From the human T2T-CHM13v2.0 reference genome, Homo sapiens: a DNA stretch of 64,000 nucleotides. The first letter of the stretch is position 1. Each line of letters opens with the position of its first letter. A program made the translations under genes and the position numbers. This document shows positions 1 to 21,621 of the stretch, piece after piece. Under the pieces are notes generated by a model. That model had not been told where the DNA came from, searched no databases, and saw only the letters and a program-made list of their open reading frames with translations. The stretch lies in the NCBI RefSeq assembly GCF_009914755.1, contig NC_060935.1, one strand, 5' to 3'.

Positions 1-456
1 GAGTATTTTGTTGTTGTTAGGTATGGTGTTCTGCATATTTCTATAAAAGATATATATTCAATCCTTAGAAGCTTAAAACTCAACACAGGAAACTGCATTA
101 CTAAATGACAGTCATATGCACATAGAACAAAGTACTCACTAAAGTACGTATAACAGGTGGAGAAAAGAAATCTCCCCAAAGATGATCCAACATCTGATTT
201 TCAGGAAGGAGAATAACAAGAGAGAAGCTGTAAAATGGACTTAGAACTATTAAAAATAATGTACTTTGATTTTAGAAAATTATCGAAATTTTGCAGCAGA
301 CTGGTTATGACTCCTCCTCCAGGCTCCCACTCATGTTGGCCTGGAAAAGAGTTTACCACTAAACTATGGATTTTTAAAATCACTTTTATTATGGAACATA
401 TGTTTATTATAACTTTGTCATGATTAACCATTCATTGTTCAGTGTAATGACAATAC

Positions 457-564
457 CTGAATCTAATTGATAGACAACTGTTCCTTTTTTCTCTCCTACA
501 ATCTCTGGTACCTTTTCATTTCCTTTAGGCTGATAGAAATATTCTGGTTGAGGTGGAGCCCACT
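457..564 (-). CDS. AGBL2: AGBL2 coding exon 6 (EWAPPQPEYFYQPKGNEKVPEIVGEKKGTVVYQLDS); gene continues left of the window
   Basis: Acceptor ctttcag|AG, donor G|gtattg; 108 nt; overlaps ORF 407-655. Confidence 0.9.
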
Positions 565-964
565 CTGAAAGAAGACATTTTAAAAAGTACAAAATAAGAA
601 ATAATGTAAACGGCACTATCAGAACTAATATAAAATAATAATAATAATTTTTCAAATGGCTAGTTTGGTTGAATCAAACCAAATTCCCACCCTAAATTTC
701 CTGCTTGTTTATAAAATAATTATGTCTTGTTTCTTTCTATAAAGACTTATGAGGACACTTTTAACAAAGAACATATAAAATGAAATATAAACTATCCATA
801 GAAGACCTAAGAATAAGTCAGAAAGGTCAATATAGCTGCTGCAACAGCTCTTCAAAATTTGGCCCTGAGTTTCCTTAAAGTGAGCAAAATATGGTCATTA
901 ACATAATTTTTTTTATTACCATAGAGGACTAGGTCTATCAATTGTTTCAGAGGAAGCAAGCCTT

Positions 965-5544
<4,580 letters not shown>

Positions 5545-5548
5545 TTAC

Positions 5549-5734
5549 CAATATGATGGATGTTTTCCTTGATGACCTCACATTCAATTGGCCATCTTGG
5601 AGCCTGCAGTGGCCTCTTGGTAGACAAAATGGAAAAGAGCTCTTGGGGTTCTCGAAGACGTGGGTTTACTTCATCCAACTCATCATAAAGAAGCTGTCTG
5701 CTCCTAAGATGTGGTAAACTCAGCATATGTGAAT
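5549..5734 (-). CDS. AGBL2: AGBL2 coding exon 5 (DSHMLSLPHLRSRQLLYDELDEVNPRLREPQELF...RWPIECEVIKENIHHI)
   Basis: Acceptor tttggcag|AT, donor G|gtaata; 186 nt; overlaps ORF 5508-5798. Confidence 0.9.
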
Positions 5735-6348
5735 CTGCCAAAGGGAAAGAGAGTAAGTGAACATCTTCCTTTTCCTCCTTGGGAACTTTACTGCTCATCT
5801 ATAACAATGAAACTATTTTAAGCATTATATTAAAATATTAGCACAGATATGTGATTCTCTGACATGTTTCTCCTTCAAGAAGATTTAGTCCAGAATAACA
5901 GGTTCAAAATTATAAAACGTTAAAATTCTGCACAGTCTATTAAATGTTTAAATATAAAGCTTTAGGGTAAATTAAAAACCTTTTAAAAATTAAATTTAAT
6001 GGTCCAAGACATTTCAACAGTGGGTTACAATGAATAAGAAGTTACTTAATATGTTTTATTATTTTTGTTTAGCTAGTGGCAAGAGAGGAAATTTCAATAT
6101 ATCCATTAGCATTTTAGAAAAAATTACATAAAACTTTATTCTTTTTTTCTTCTTTTTTATCAACTATAGTGAAATAATCTATAAATAAAATTTCAGGGCC
6201 ATAATATAACCATACAAAGGAAAGACAGACATAAAACAAAGAAGATGGAAAGAGGAAGGGGAGAGAAGGCATGAGATGGGGCAGAAGAGAGGAAGAGCTC
6301 TTGGGAAAGAAAGAATGAGAAAAAAAGGGAAGAAAAGAAAGGCTTTCA

Positions 6349-6957
<609 letters not shown>

Positions 6958-7582
6958 TCAGGGATCGTTGTCTTCTTTTCTTCTGTCTGCTATCCCCATC
7001 CCTTCTCATTTCCTATGCTCACTCTGGACCCCTGCATTTCTATCTACATCTTTCTCCCATACTTTAATGGGGGAAATAAAAGGAAATAAACATTTGAAAA
7101 GATAGTAAAGCTGCACAATGTCACTCATAACTAAAGAAATATAAAGCAGTTTGGGCACGGTAGCTCACACATGTAATCCTAGCACTTTGGGAGGCCAAGG
7201 CGGGCGGATTACCTGAGGTTGGGAGTTCAAGACCAGCCTGGCCGGCTGGGCGCGGTGGCTCATGCCTGTAATCCCAGCACTTTGGGAGGCTGAGGTGGGC
7301 GGATCACGAGGTCAGGAGATCGAGACCATCCTGGCTAACATGGTGAAATCCTGTCTCTACTAAAAATACAAAAGATTAGCCCGGCGTGGTGGCAGGCGCC
7401 TGTAGCTCCAGCTACTCGAGAGGCTGAGGCAGGAGAATGCCGTGAACCCGGGAGGCGGAGCTTGCGGTGAGCCTAGATTGCGCCACTGCACTCCAGCCTG
7501 GGGCACAGAGCAAGACTCCGTCTCAAAAAATAAATAAATAAAAATAAAAATAAATAATTGTGGAATATGACAGGTGCCCTTA

Positions 7583-8058
<476 letters not shown>

Positions 8059-8302
8059 TTAGCCAGGCATGGTGGCACGTGCCTGTAATCCTAGCTACTA
8101 GGGAGGCTGAGGCAGGAGAATTGCTTTAACCCGGCAGGTGGAGGTTGCAGTGAGCAGAGATCGTGCCTTTCTACTCCCTGCCAGGAGCTTTAGCACACAG
8201 AATATAGGAAACTTTTGGGCTGGTGTAAGCAAACGTATAAGATACATACCTGAAAAGGGAAATACTACATCAAGGGTAAATTACTGTTTTAATTTTCCCA
8301 GC

Positions 8303-8656
8303 TGTGTTAGTCCATTTTCACACTGCTGAAAAAGACATACCTGAGACTGGGCAATTTACAAAAGAAAGAGGTTTAATGGATTTACACTTCCACGTGGCTG
8401 GGGAGGCCTCACAATCATGGCAGAAGGCAAGGAGGAGCAAGTCATGTCTTAAATAAATGGCACCAGGCCAAGAGAGAGCTTGTGCAGGGAAACTCCCCCT
8501 TATAGAACTATCTGATCTCGTGAGACTTATTCACTATCACAAGGACAGCATGGAAAAAACCTGCCCCCATGATTCAATTACCTCCCACCAGGTCCCTCCC
8601 ACAACACGTGGGAATTTAAGATGAGATTTGGGTGGGGACGCAGCCAAACAATATCA
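8303..8656 (-). mobile_element. THE1-family (MaLR) solo LTR, 354 bp
   Basis: Minus strand begins TGATATTGTTTGGCTGCGTCCCC and ends GGACTAACACA; 5-bp TSD CCAGC on both sides. Confidence 0.9.
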
Positions 8657-9077
8657 CCAGCTATTGCCAAATTGCCTTCCTAAAAGTCTACTTACTCACA
8701 TTGGCAACAGCAGTATAGGAAAGTGTGTTCCTCCATACCCTAACCTACACTACGTATAAGTTTCTTTAAAATTTTGCCCAAATCTCATAATTTAAAAAAA
8801 TGGTAACTTGCTATTTTGATTTGCATTTTCAGTTAGTAGTGGAGAATCTTTTCATATGCTTATTGACTATGTTTTTCCATGAACTACTTGTTCATGTCTT
8901 TTACTCATTTTTCTATTTGGTCATCTTTTTTGTTTGTGTTTATTTAGAGAAAGGGTCTCTCTATGTTGCCCAGGCTGGACTCAAAATCCTGGGCAATTCT
9001 GGGGCTCAAATGATCCTCCTGCCTCAGGCTCCCAAGTGGCTGAGACTACAGCCATTTGCCACCATGTTCAGATTTAG

Positions 9078-9200
<123 letters not shown>

Positions 9201-9605
9201 TGAGTAGCTGGGATTACAGGTGGGCACCATCACGTTGGGATAATTTTTCTATTTTTAGTAGAGACGGGGTTTCACCATATTGGCCAGGCTGGCTTCGAAC
9301 TCCTGACCTCAGGTGATCCGCCTACCTTGGCCTCCTAAAGTGCTGGGATTACAGGCATGAGCCACTGTGCCCAGCCCAATCATCTTTTATTAACACTTAC
9401 TGATTTGAAAGAGCTGTTATATGTAAAGGAAATGAACCCTTTGGCATATTTGTTGCAAATTTTTTTTTTTTTAGTTTGTCCTTTACTTTATCAATGGTAT
9501 TTTTTCCAAAGAGAAGTTTAAATTTTTCCTTTAAAAATTATCAGCTGGGCACAGTGGCTCATGCCTGTAATCCCAGCACTTTGGGAGGCCAAGGCAGGCG
9601 GGTCA

Positions 9606-9908
<303 letters not shown>

Positions 9909-9984
9909 TCACCTGAGGTTGGGAGTTTGAGACCAGCCTGGCTAACATGGCGAGACACTGTCTCTACTAAAAGTACAAAAATTA

Positions 9985-10182
<198 letters not shown>

Positions 10183-10519
10183 TCAAAGGTTTTAAGTAAA
10201 AAAGGGACCTAATCAGATTTGCATATAAAAAACACTGCTATGTGGAAAATTGATTGGAGGGGGCGGGGCAGCACAGAACAAGAGGAGCCAGGAGACCAAT
10301 TAGGAGGCTGAATGATGACAGCTTGGATGGGAGGTGGTAGGACTCTGAGGGTGGGGGTGTAAGGGTAGCGGTGGAGGTTGGGGATAAGCAGGGGGGGTTG
10401 TAGAGAAAAGAGGGGTGGATCAGTGTTTGGTTTGAGGGAGAAGTTCAACTGGATTCCTCCCCTTGGATTTTAGAAGAAACCTGTGTCTCTGCAAAAAATT
10501 ATTTTTTTGTGTAAGCTAG

Positions 10520-10834
<315 letters not shown>

Positions 10835-11385
10835 TGATCTGCCTGCCTCAGCAATCCAAAGTGCTGGGATTACAGGCGTGAGCCACGATGCCAGGTGTAT
10901 TACTCTTTTTTTTTTTGAAACAGAATCTCACTTTGTCACCCAGGCTGGAGTACAGTGGCCCAACCTCGGCTCATTGCAACCTCCGCCTCCTGGGTTCAAG
11001 TGATCCTCCCACCTCAGCCTCCCAAGTCCTGAGATTACCAGTGTGTGTCACCACACCCGGCTAATTTTTATATTTTTAGTAGAGCTGGGGTTTTGCCATG
11101 CTGGTCAGACTGGTCTCAAACTCCTAACCTCAAGTGATCCTCCCACCTCAGCCTCCCAAAGTGCTGAGATTACAGGCGTGATCACCATGCCCGGCTAGAA
11201 AATACAGTATTTTGATTTAAACCTGTAATCCAAAGTAGATTTAGAGAGAAGTTTTGAATGGTGTTAGAAACAGAGGCCAAGGCTGCTCCCTGGCCTCTCC
11301 CATGTTAGAGCAGATTCTTCTGAATACTCAGAGGAGTTACTAGGCAATGAGGTTCTAGAGGTCACACATACTGATTGTTACTCAC

Positions 11386-11520
11386 ATAGAAGCTTCTCCT
11401 TTTGCAGGGTGTCTGGTATCAAATCATCTTTTTCCCCAAGAGAGCCATTCAACAGGCATTGAGGGTTATTCTTCCGAACATGCTGATGCGTAGCAGAGTT
11501 TGGTAAACTGCCTCTCTGAG
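11386..11520 (-). CDS. AGBL2: AGBL2 coding exon 3 (AQRGSLPNSATHQHVRKNNPQCLLNGSLGEKDDLIPDTLQKEKLL)
   Basis: Acceptor ttttag|CT, donor T|gtgagt; 135 nt; phases compatible with neighbours. Confidence 0.9.
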
Positions 11521-11619
11521 CTAAAAATTGGCAGTTTAATTAAAGTTGCTGGAAGGCCGACTCATCACTTCTAACATCTAGGTCAATACCAAACCACTAC
11601 TCCTTTTATCACCACCCAC

Positions 11620-11800
11620 CACCACAGCCCTTTGCAATGAATACACTGCATTTTTCAAAGAGCTTTCATATTCCAACTTATGTGAGTGAAGCATAATTAT
11701 CCCCACCTTACAGCTGAGGAAATGGATGTGAAGAGGAGACTTGAGAAGCAGCCTGGTGTAGTGGAGTGAGAAAGGACTTGGCAGGCAGAAAGATTCTGAA
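11620..11800. mobile_element. MIR fragments
   Basis: attatccccaccttacagctgaggaaa and gaagcagcctggtgtagtggagtgag. Confidence 0.5.
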
Positions 11801-11813
11801 GCTACAAGGGCTG

Positions 11814-12933
<1,120 letters not shown>

Positions 12934-13225
12934 TAAATTAGCTGGGTGTGCTGGCATGTGCTTGTGTTCCCTTCTAGTTGGGAGGTAGGAGGATCGCTTA
13001 AGCCTGGGAAGTCAAGGCTGCAATGAGCTGTGATTGCAACATTGCACTCCGGCCAAGGCAAAAAACAGACCGTCTAAAAAATAAATAAATAAATATCATA
13101 ATAGTTTTGCTGTCATACTTCATATTGCAAAAGTAATGGCCACAGTACATAAGTACTTAGTTATGGTGGAAAAGGCATTAAATTTGTGGGTGGAAGATAG
13201 AAGTCTGTTCTGAATGACAGTGATT

Positions 13226-13304
13226 TGGATTTAGTACTATCAGTGGTTTCAGGCCATCCAGGGGCCTTGGAACCTCCCCCCTGTAGATAAGGGGGGACTA
13301 ATGT
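13226..13304 (+). mobile_element. MER44/Tigger-type DNA transposon end
   Basis: gtactatcagtggtttcaggccatcca...gataaggggggacta. Confidence 0.6.
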
Positions 13305-13329
13305 AGTTAATAAAAAAGTTTAACAACAT

Positions 13330-15170
<1,841 letters not shown>

Positions 15171-15291
15171 AAGTATTTATTTGTCAATGCAAATTATTTA
15201 TTAGTCTACCCAAGTGCAACCCTCCCAGCTAACGAAGCAATTTTCCTCTTGAGTCCAGGAAAGGTGATACTAGATAAGAACATGGTATTAC

Positions 15292-15355
15292 CTTTAAAGT
15301 AGCCATAATATTGGAGGTGACGGTACATAAAGTCTTCATAAGGATCAGGAATAGT
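15292..15355 (-). CDS. AGBL2: AGBL2 coding exon 2 (TIPDPYEDFMYRHLQYYGYFK)
   Basis: Acceptor ttcacag|ACT, donor G|gtaata; 64 nt. Confidence 0.9.
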
Positions 15356-15625
15356 CTGTGAAAGGAAAGGCCACTTCAATCAAGATAATGTTTTCAAACC
15401 ATAATAGACTCAACAAAAAGTACATGAGCGTTGTTGCATAGGACTAGACTAAACCAAGCGAGCTGCATTCCATGCGAACTATTCTATCGTGGGGATCAAG
15501 ATCTCCAGCTGAGAAAAGATGCCACCAGAACATCCCTTCTCATCTAGTAGCAGATTTCTGTGGAGTTCCCGAAGAAATGGAGTTCCCCGAAGAAATTTCT
15601 GTGGCTTTCCGTGTTGTGTACCGAC

Positions 15626-15658
15626 CTGCTTTAGGTGCGTTTCCAAAGCTGGGAACAT
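15626..15658 (-). CDS. AGBL2: AGBL2 first coding exon (MFPALETHLKQ); exon probably begins at 15758 with ~100 nt of 5'UTR
   Basis: AACATGT start, donor CAG|gtcggt; matches recalled N-terminus of cytosolic carboxypeptidase 2; acceptor ctttgtag at 15759-15760 is inferred. Confidence 0.88.
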
Positions 15659-16129
15659 GTTACTTCTGGATGGTAGGCTGAAAACTAGTCAGTGACATTA
15701 GCATCCAGTCGCAAACCCTGCCCAATTTCCAAATAGGCAGCTGATTACACAAGAGAAGCTACAAAGCCAGAAGAGGACAAGTGAAAAAACTGCCAATACC
15801 TCCCCGGGCGCCCCCCAGCTCCCTCTTGACTTCAGAAAACCCTGCCAACCCAGCTTCTCCTCAGCTAAACAAGGTGGTCACGCCGAGGCCAGAGGTGCAT
15901 CTGAGACAGGGAGGGCAGCGTATCTTCCCGCTTCTTCTTCCCAAGGTGCTGGCCCCATGCTTCCCTTTCCCTGAGAAAGGAGATGCTCGCCACAGGAAAG
16001 TGAAAGAAATGGGTATGGGAGCACGCGACGAAGTCGTCTCGGTAGGTGCCGATGGAAAAAGGTCAGGGGGTTGGGAAAGTGGGCCCTAAAGATTGAATTT
16101 AGGGTTCAGAGGAACCTGGTCTGGGGCAG

Positions 16130-16560
16130 GTGGTGAGGGGGTTTCCTAAGGGTAGGAGCGGGGAAGGAGAGCAGAAACTTCCCAGGAGGGCAGAGCGATG
16201 GATGCGACCGCCTTCGCGCCCCGGCCCGTCCCAAGCAGCACGGATGGCTGCGGCAGAGAAGCTCCAGCGAGGCAGGCGGCCACCGCACTTAAGTACAGAG
16301 GCCAAGCAGTGTGCGGGCAAGGGGACAAACTCGCTGCACCCGCCCGCCACCGCCTTCTGTGAGGGCCCGGGTAGTCTAGCAACCGAAAGCAGGAAGCGGA
16401 GAAAGGGCGGGGCGGTCGGGCGCTTCCGGGGAGCTAGGCCTCGCCCCCAAGGAGGGAGCGGGGACCCCGGGAAGGTCTGCAACATGTATGGCGGGCAGCG
16501 GCTTTCTTCCCCTCATACATCACAGCCCCAGCCTCGGAATCGAAACCGCATTGATGAGTA
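16130..16560 (-). promoter_or_regulatory. AGBL2: CpG island / promoter and non-coding first exon of AGBL2 (exon boundaries not resolved)
   Basis: Only GC/CpG-rich non-Alu stretch in the window. GC box GGGCGGGGC 16405-16413, ETS core CCGGAAG 16423-16429 (-), X-box-like GTAGTCTAGCAAC 16371-16383; just upstream of the ATG exon. Confidence 0.8.
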
Positions 16561-16807
16561 CGATGCCAGTAGCCTTCAACATACTTCCAAGCTGGTTTGC
16601 TGTTGGCTTTAGATAACTGTTATGCATAATTTGCTCTAAGAGAGCTGCTGCTTCTCTCCTTTCACCTTAACATTCTCTCCACTGCACAGCTAGAAAGGAA
16701 AAATTACCTTCTACACTGCAAATCTTAAGAAACAGAGCTAACAAATTCAAATCACACATTTTGATTAGGTTTAAAAAAATCAATTATATGCATAGAAATT
16801 TACTCCA

Positions 16808-17144
<337 letters not shown>

Positions 17145-17521
17145 CTATATATGAATATAACCGTATCTGTTACTTTTATCAGTGGGGGGAAAAAAGCTAT
17201 AAAGCACCTTTTTTTCTGAAATGTTAACCATATTACATCATTGCCAGGAATTAAGTAGGTCAAATATTATCTAATATGGCTATTAACCAATCTAGATATT
17301 ATAGATAATATTAGACCCCAAAACTTTGATCACACAGCACCATCTGGGACTAGAAGCCTGTTTGTCTAAACTGGCCCCACCACTCCCCATTAAAGATCTC
17401 CTGCTCATTTTCTTGAAAGCTGTTGTTAAATGTTTGCACCTTGCATTGTATATGCTTAGAAAAAAAAACAAGTCCTGGTTACATAATCAGAATAACAGGA
17501 GTTGACGAGCAAAAGGATAAC

Positions 17522-18429
17522 CCATCAGGATTATAAAAAAAGCTTTATTAGTGCATATATACAAATTTACAAGGTCAGAAACTGGAGAAATACAAAGAGC
17601 TTTAAAACACAATTTGCCGTTTCCTCAGTTTAAAGTGACTTTTACCTGATTGTGATACAACAGAAAGTACAGAACAGTAAACTGCTTTTTAAATACTGGA
17701 ATTTTATGGAGAATACATTCACATAAAGAAAGGAGGTGAATTTTGTTTTGGAACAGGGTTAAGACAATGGAGACATTAATACATAGAGTGTCTTGTTGTA
17801 TTTACTGCCACATACTTGAGGGGAAATTCTCAAAATCAAGGATATGAACACCTGCTGCTGCCTGTATGCCACCTAGTGTGCGAAACGACCGAGCTACCAG
17901 TTCTAGAACTTATGAGAACTACTCTAAAGAGTGTGGCCATCTATCAGCACGAGGTAAACCACTTAGACCTCAGCACTTCAGGGGTGGCCGACTAGAGAAA
18001 AGAGGCCAGAAAAAGCTTCAGACAATTCCAGTCAAGCAAGGTAGAATGCAGAGCTGCCTTCTGAATTGCACTTGTTCTGGAGGAGAAGTTAATTCTTCAC
18101 TTTTGTCAGGGAGTCCTCTACAGAAGTGTTATACTCATGAGCCACATGTTCTTCAAGACTGATGAGGTTAATACACCTAACATGCTAAGTTTGCCAGTTT
18201 GAGAATAAAGGCAGCATGGTCAAAGCAATTCCAATCACCTCATCCCTTTGCAAAAACAGAAAAATTACATTTCACAAAAGTGAAAACTTTGTATGCATAC
18301 ACTCTTGCCCAGGAAATTTATAAGATCTCCCCCATAACATTTATAGTTTATTTGACAATAAAACTGGTTAAGACTTTGAACTGAACACAAAACAAACAAT
18401 AATACAAAAAAGTTTTAAAAACTTAAAAA
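17522..18429 (-). other. FNBP4: FNBP4 3'UTR (3' end approximate)
   Basis: Repeat-free AU-rich sequence between the stop codon and the AATAAA at 17544-17549. Confidence 0.8.
17544..17549 (-). terminator. FNBP4: FNBP4 polyadenylation signal AATAAA
   Basis: tttatt on + strand; upstream UGUA motifs, including UGUAUAUA at 17556-17563, and U-rich downstream sequence. Confidence 0.8.
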
Positions 18430-18520
18430 CTATGTGTTTGGAGCCATTTTCCTTCTCTTCAGCCTTGCTCTCCAATCCTCAGGAAGGGCTTCAAAATTAG
18501 CATTTCTCTCTGCCATGCCA
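18430..18520 (-). CDS. FNBP4: FNBP4 last exon, coding part (SGMAERNANFEALPEDWRARLKRRKMAPNT*)
   Basis: Acceptor ttcacag|T; TAG stop at 18430-18432. The 15 exons sum to 2741 nt in one uninterrupted frame. Confidence 0.95.
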
Positions 18521-18749
18521 CTGTGAAAACAACATACAGATTATTTTAGTGGAAAGAAAAATTAACAAAAGTATTCATTTCCCAGCAAATAAAAATCTAA
18601 CTGAAATTAAAAACCTGATCTATCACGTCTATGTTTATGAAAATCTTTTGTTTCTCAGCCAAACATCAGTATATTCTTCATCAAACTTCTTCATTCTGAT
18701 AGGTCAACCAAACACTACCCCAGTTTTACGTATATGTCTAAGTGCATAT

Positions 18750-20300
<1,551 letters not shown>

Positions 20301-20351
20301 TCTCCCTATCCTTTTATTCTAGTCAAGCAAGGTAGTGAAGGATTTTCTTAC

Positions 20352-20455
20352 CTAGAAGAGGTTCATTTAGTTCCTAGTGTGGTGTGCTCTCTCATTAACT
20401 TCTGTTCTAGAATAAGTGCAATTGAGAAGGCAGCTCTGTATTCTACCCTGCTTGA
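20352..20455 (-). other. FNBP4: Candidate 104-nt poison (PTC-containing) cassette exon in the last FNBP4 intron
   Basis: Acceptor tttttcccctgtccctatatttcag|TCAAG and donor CTAG|gtaaga; in-frame TAG at 20443-20445, 91 nt upstream of the next junction. Confidence 0.6.
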
Positions 20456-20579
20456 CTGAAATATAGGGACAGGGGAAAAACTTTATTCTAATTCTGTAAA
20501 TCATTTGTACAATAATGTGTGTGTGTATAAAAGGGTCTAATTCTATAAATTATTTGTAAAATAAGTTAATATGTTATGT

Positions 20580-20584
<5 letters not shown>

Positions 20585-20624
<40 letters not shown>
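20585..20624 (+). repeat. (TG)20 microsatellite, read as (CA)n on the FNBP4 sense strand
   Basis: Read directly from the sequence. Confidence 0.97.
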
Positions 20625-20628
<4 letters not shown>

Positions 20629-20938
20629 AAAGGGTCCACTGGATCTAGATAGTAAATGATGTACTGAGAGTTAAGACAGGCCTTTGCCTAAGACCAACAA
20701 TCAACTGGACAAAGTATTACAACTCTGTTGTTTCTGATTTTGAAAAAAGGCTAGCCCATAATTTCTATAAGGAATTAAACATGTTTATAAATTAGAAACC
20801 TTTAGATAAATTTACAAGCTGTGATTTTAAGAATATGTCTATTCTAATGCATCTATAACAACCACAACCTACTCCATCTCATAGTAGGTCTCAACCTACT
20901 CCAAAACCCCATCTCATCTGTGTTTCCTTTTCTTTTAC

Positions 20939-21096
20939 CTAACCAGCTGCTGCTGTTTCCACTCTTCAATTCGCTTCTGTGCAGTTGATTCCCGATCCTC
21001 TTCACTGGAACTAGAATTGTCCTCTTCATCTAACTCACGCTGGATACTCTGCCACTTTTTTACCAAAGATGGCATTTTGGTCTTACTCTTCTTTGC
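20939..21096 (-). CDS. FNBP4: FNBP4 exon 16 (AKKSKTKMPSLVKKWQSIQRELDEED...EEWKQQQLV)
   Basis: Acceptor ttacag|GCA, donor AG|gtaaaa; 158 nt; ends in phase 2. Confidence 0.95.
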
Positions 21097-21297
21097 CTGT
21101 AACAAAGGTTAAAGGTCAAAAGGAATAGAAAACATAAAATAAGGATAAGCGTCCTCTACAATGGAGGTCAGGATCCTTTTCCCAGTTCTAAAGAATATGC
21201 ACACTTTAAAAAAGAAAGTAAATACCATTCTAAGTTCTTGCCATAAATTTCTTACCAATTATAAACAAAAAGGCTTGGTTAAAAATCTATAAAGCAG

Positions 21298-21606
21298 GCC
21301 AGGCGCGGTGGCTCAAGCCTGTAATCCCAGCACTTTGGGAGGCTGAGGCGGGCGGATCACAAGGTCAGGAGATCGAGACCATCCTGGCTAACATGGTGAA
21401 ACCCTGTCTCTACTAAAAATACAAAAAATTAGCCAGGCGTGGTGGCGGGCGCCTGTAGTCTCAGCTACTCGGAAGGTTGAGATAGGAGAATGGCATGAAC
21501 CTGGGAGGCGGATCTTGCAGTGAGCCGAGATCACCACTGCACTCCAGCCTGGGCTACAGAGGGAGACTCCGTCTCAAAAAAATAAATAAATAAATAAATA
21601 AATAAA
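21298..21606 (+). mobile_element. AluY-like full-length element
   Basis: gagatcgagaccatcctggctaac diagnostic motif; 14-bp TSD AAAATCTATAAAGC. Confidence 0.9.
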
Positions 21607-21621
21607 TAAAATCTATAAAGC

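Noticed and set aside
5735-5798. In-frame ATG extension (MSSKVPKEEK...) upstream of the AGBL2 exon at 5734
   Set aside because: Lies in the intron's branch/polypyrimidine region with no promoter evidence; the alternative AG at 5799-5800 would give an immediate stop
16099-16612. 128-160-aa ORFs on both strands over the CpG island
   Set aside because: Explained by stop-codon depletion in GC-rich promoter DNA; no recognisable protein features
20865-20918. Short duplicated motifs and a 7-bp hairpin (acctact...agtaggt) just downstream of the exon 16 donor
   Set aside because: Too short to distinguish from chance or replication slippage
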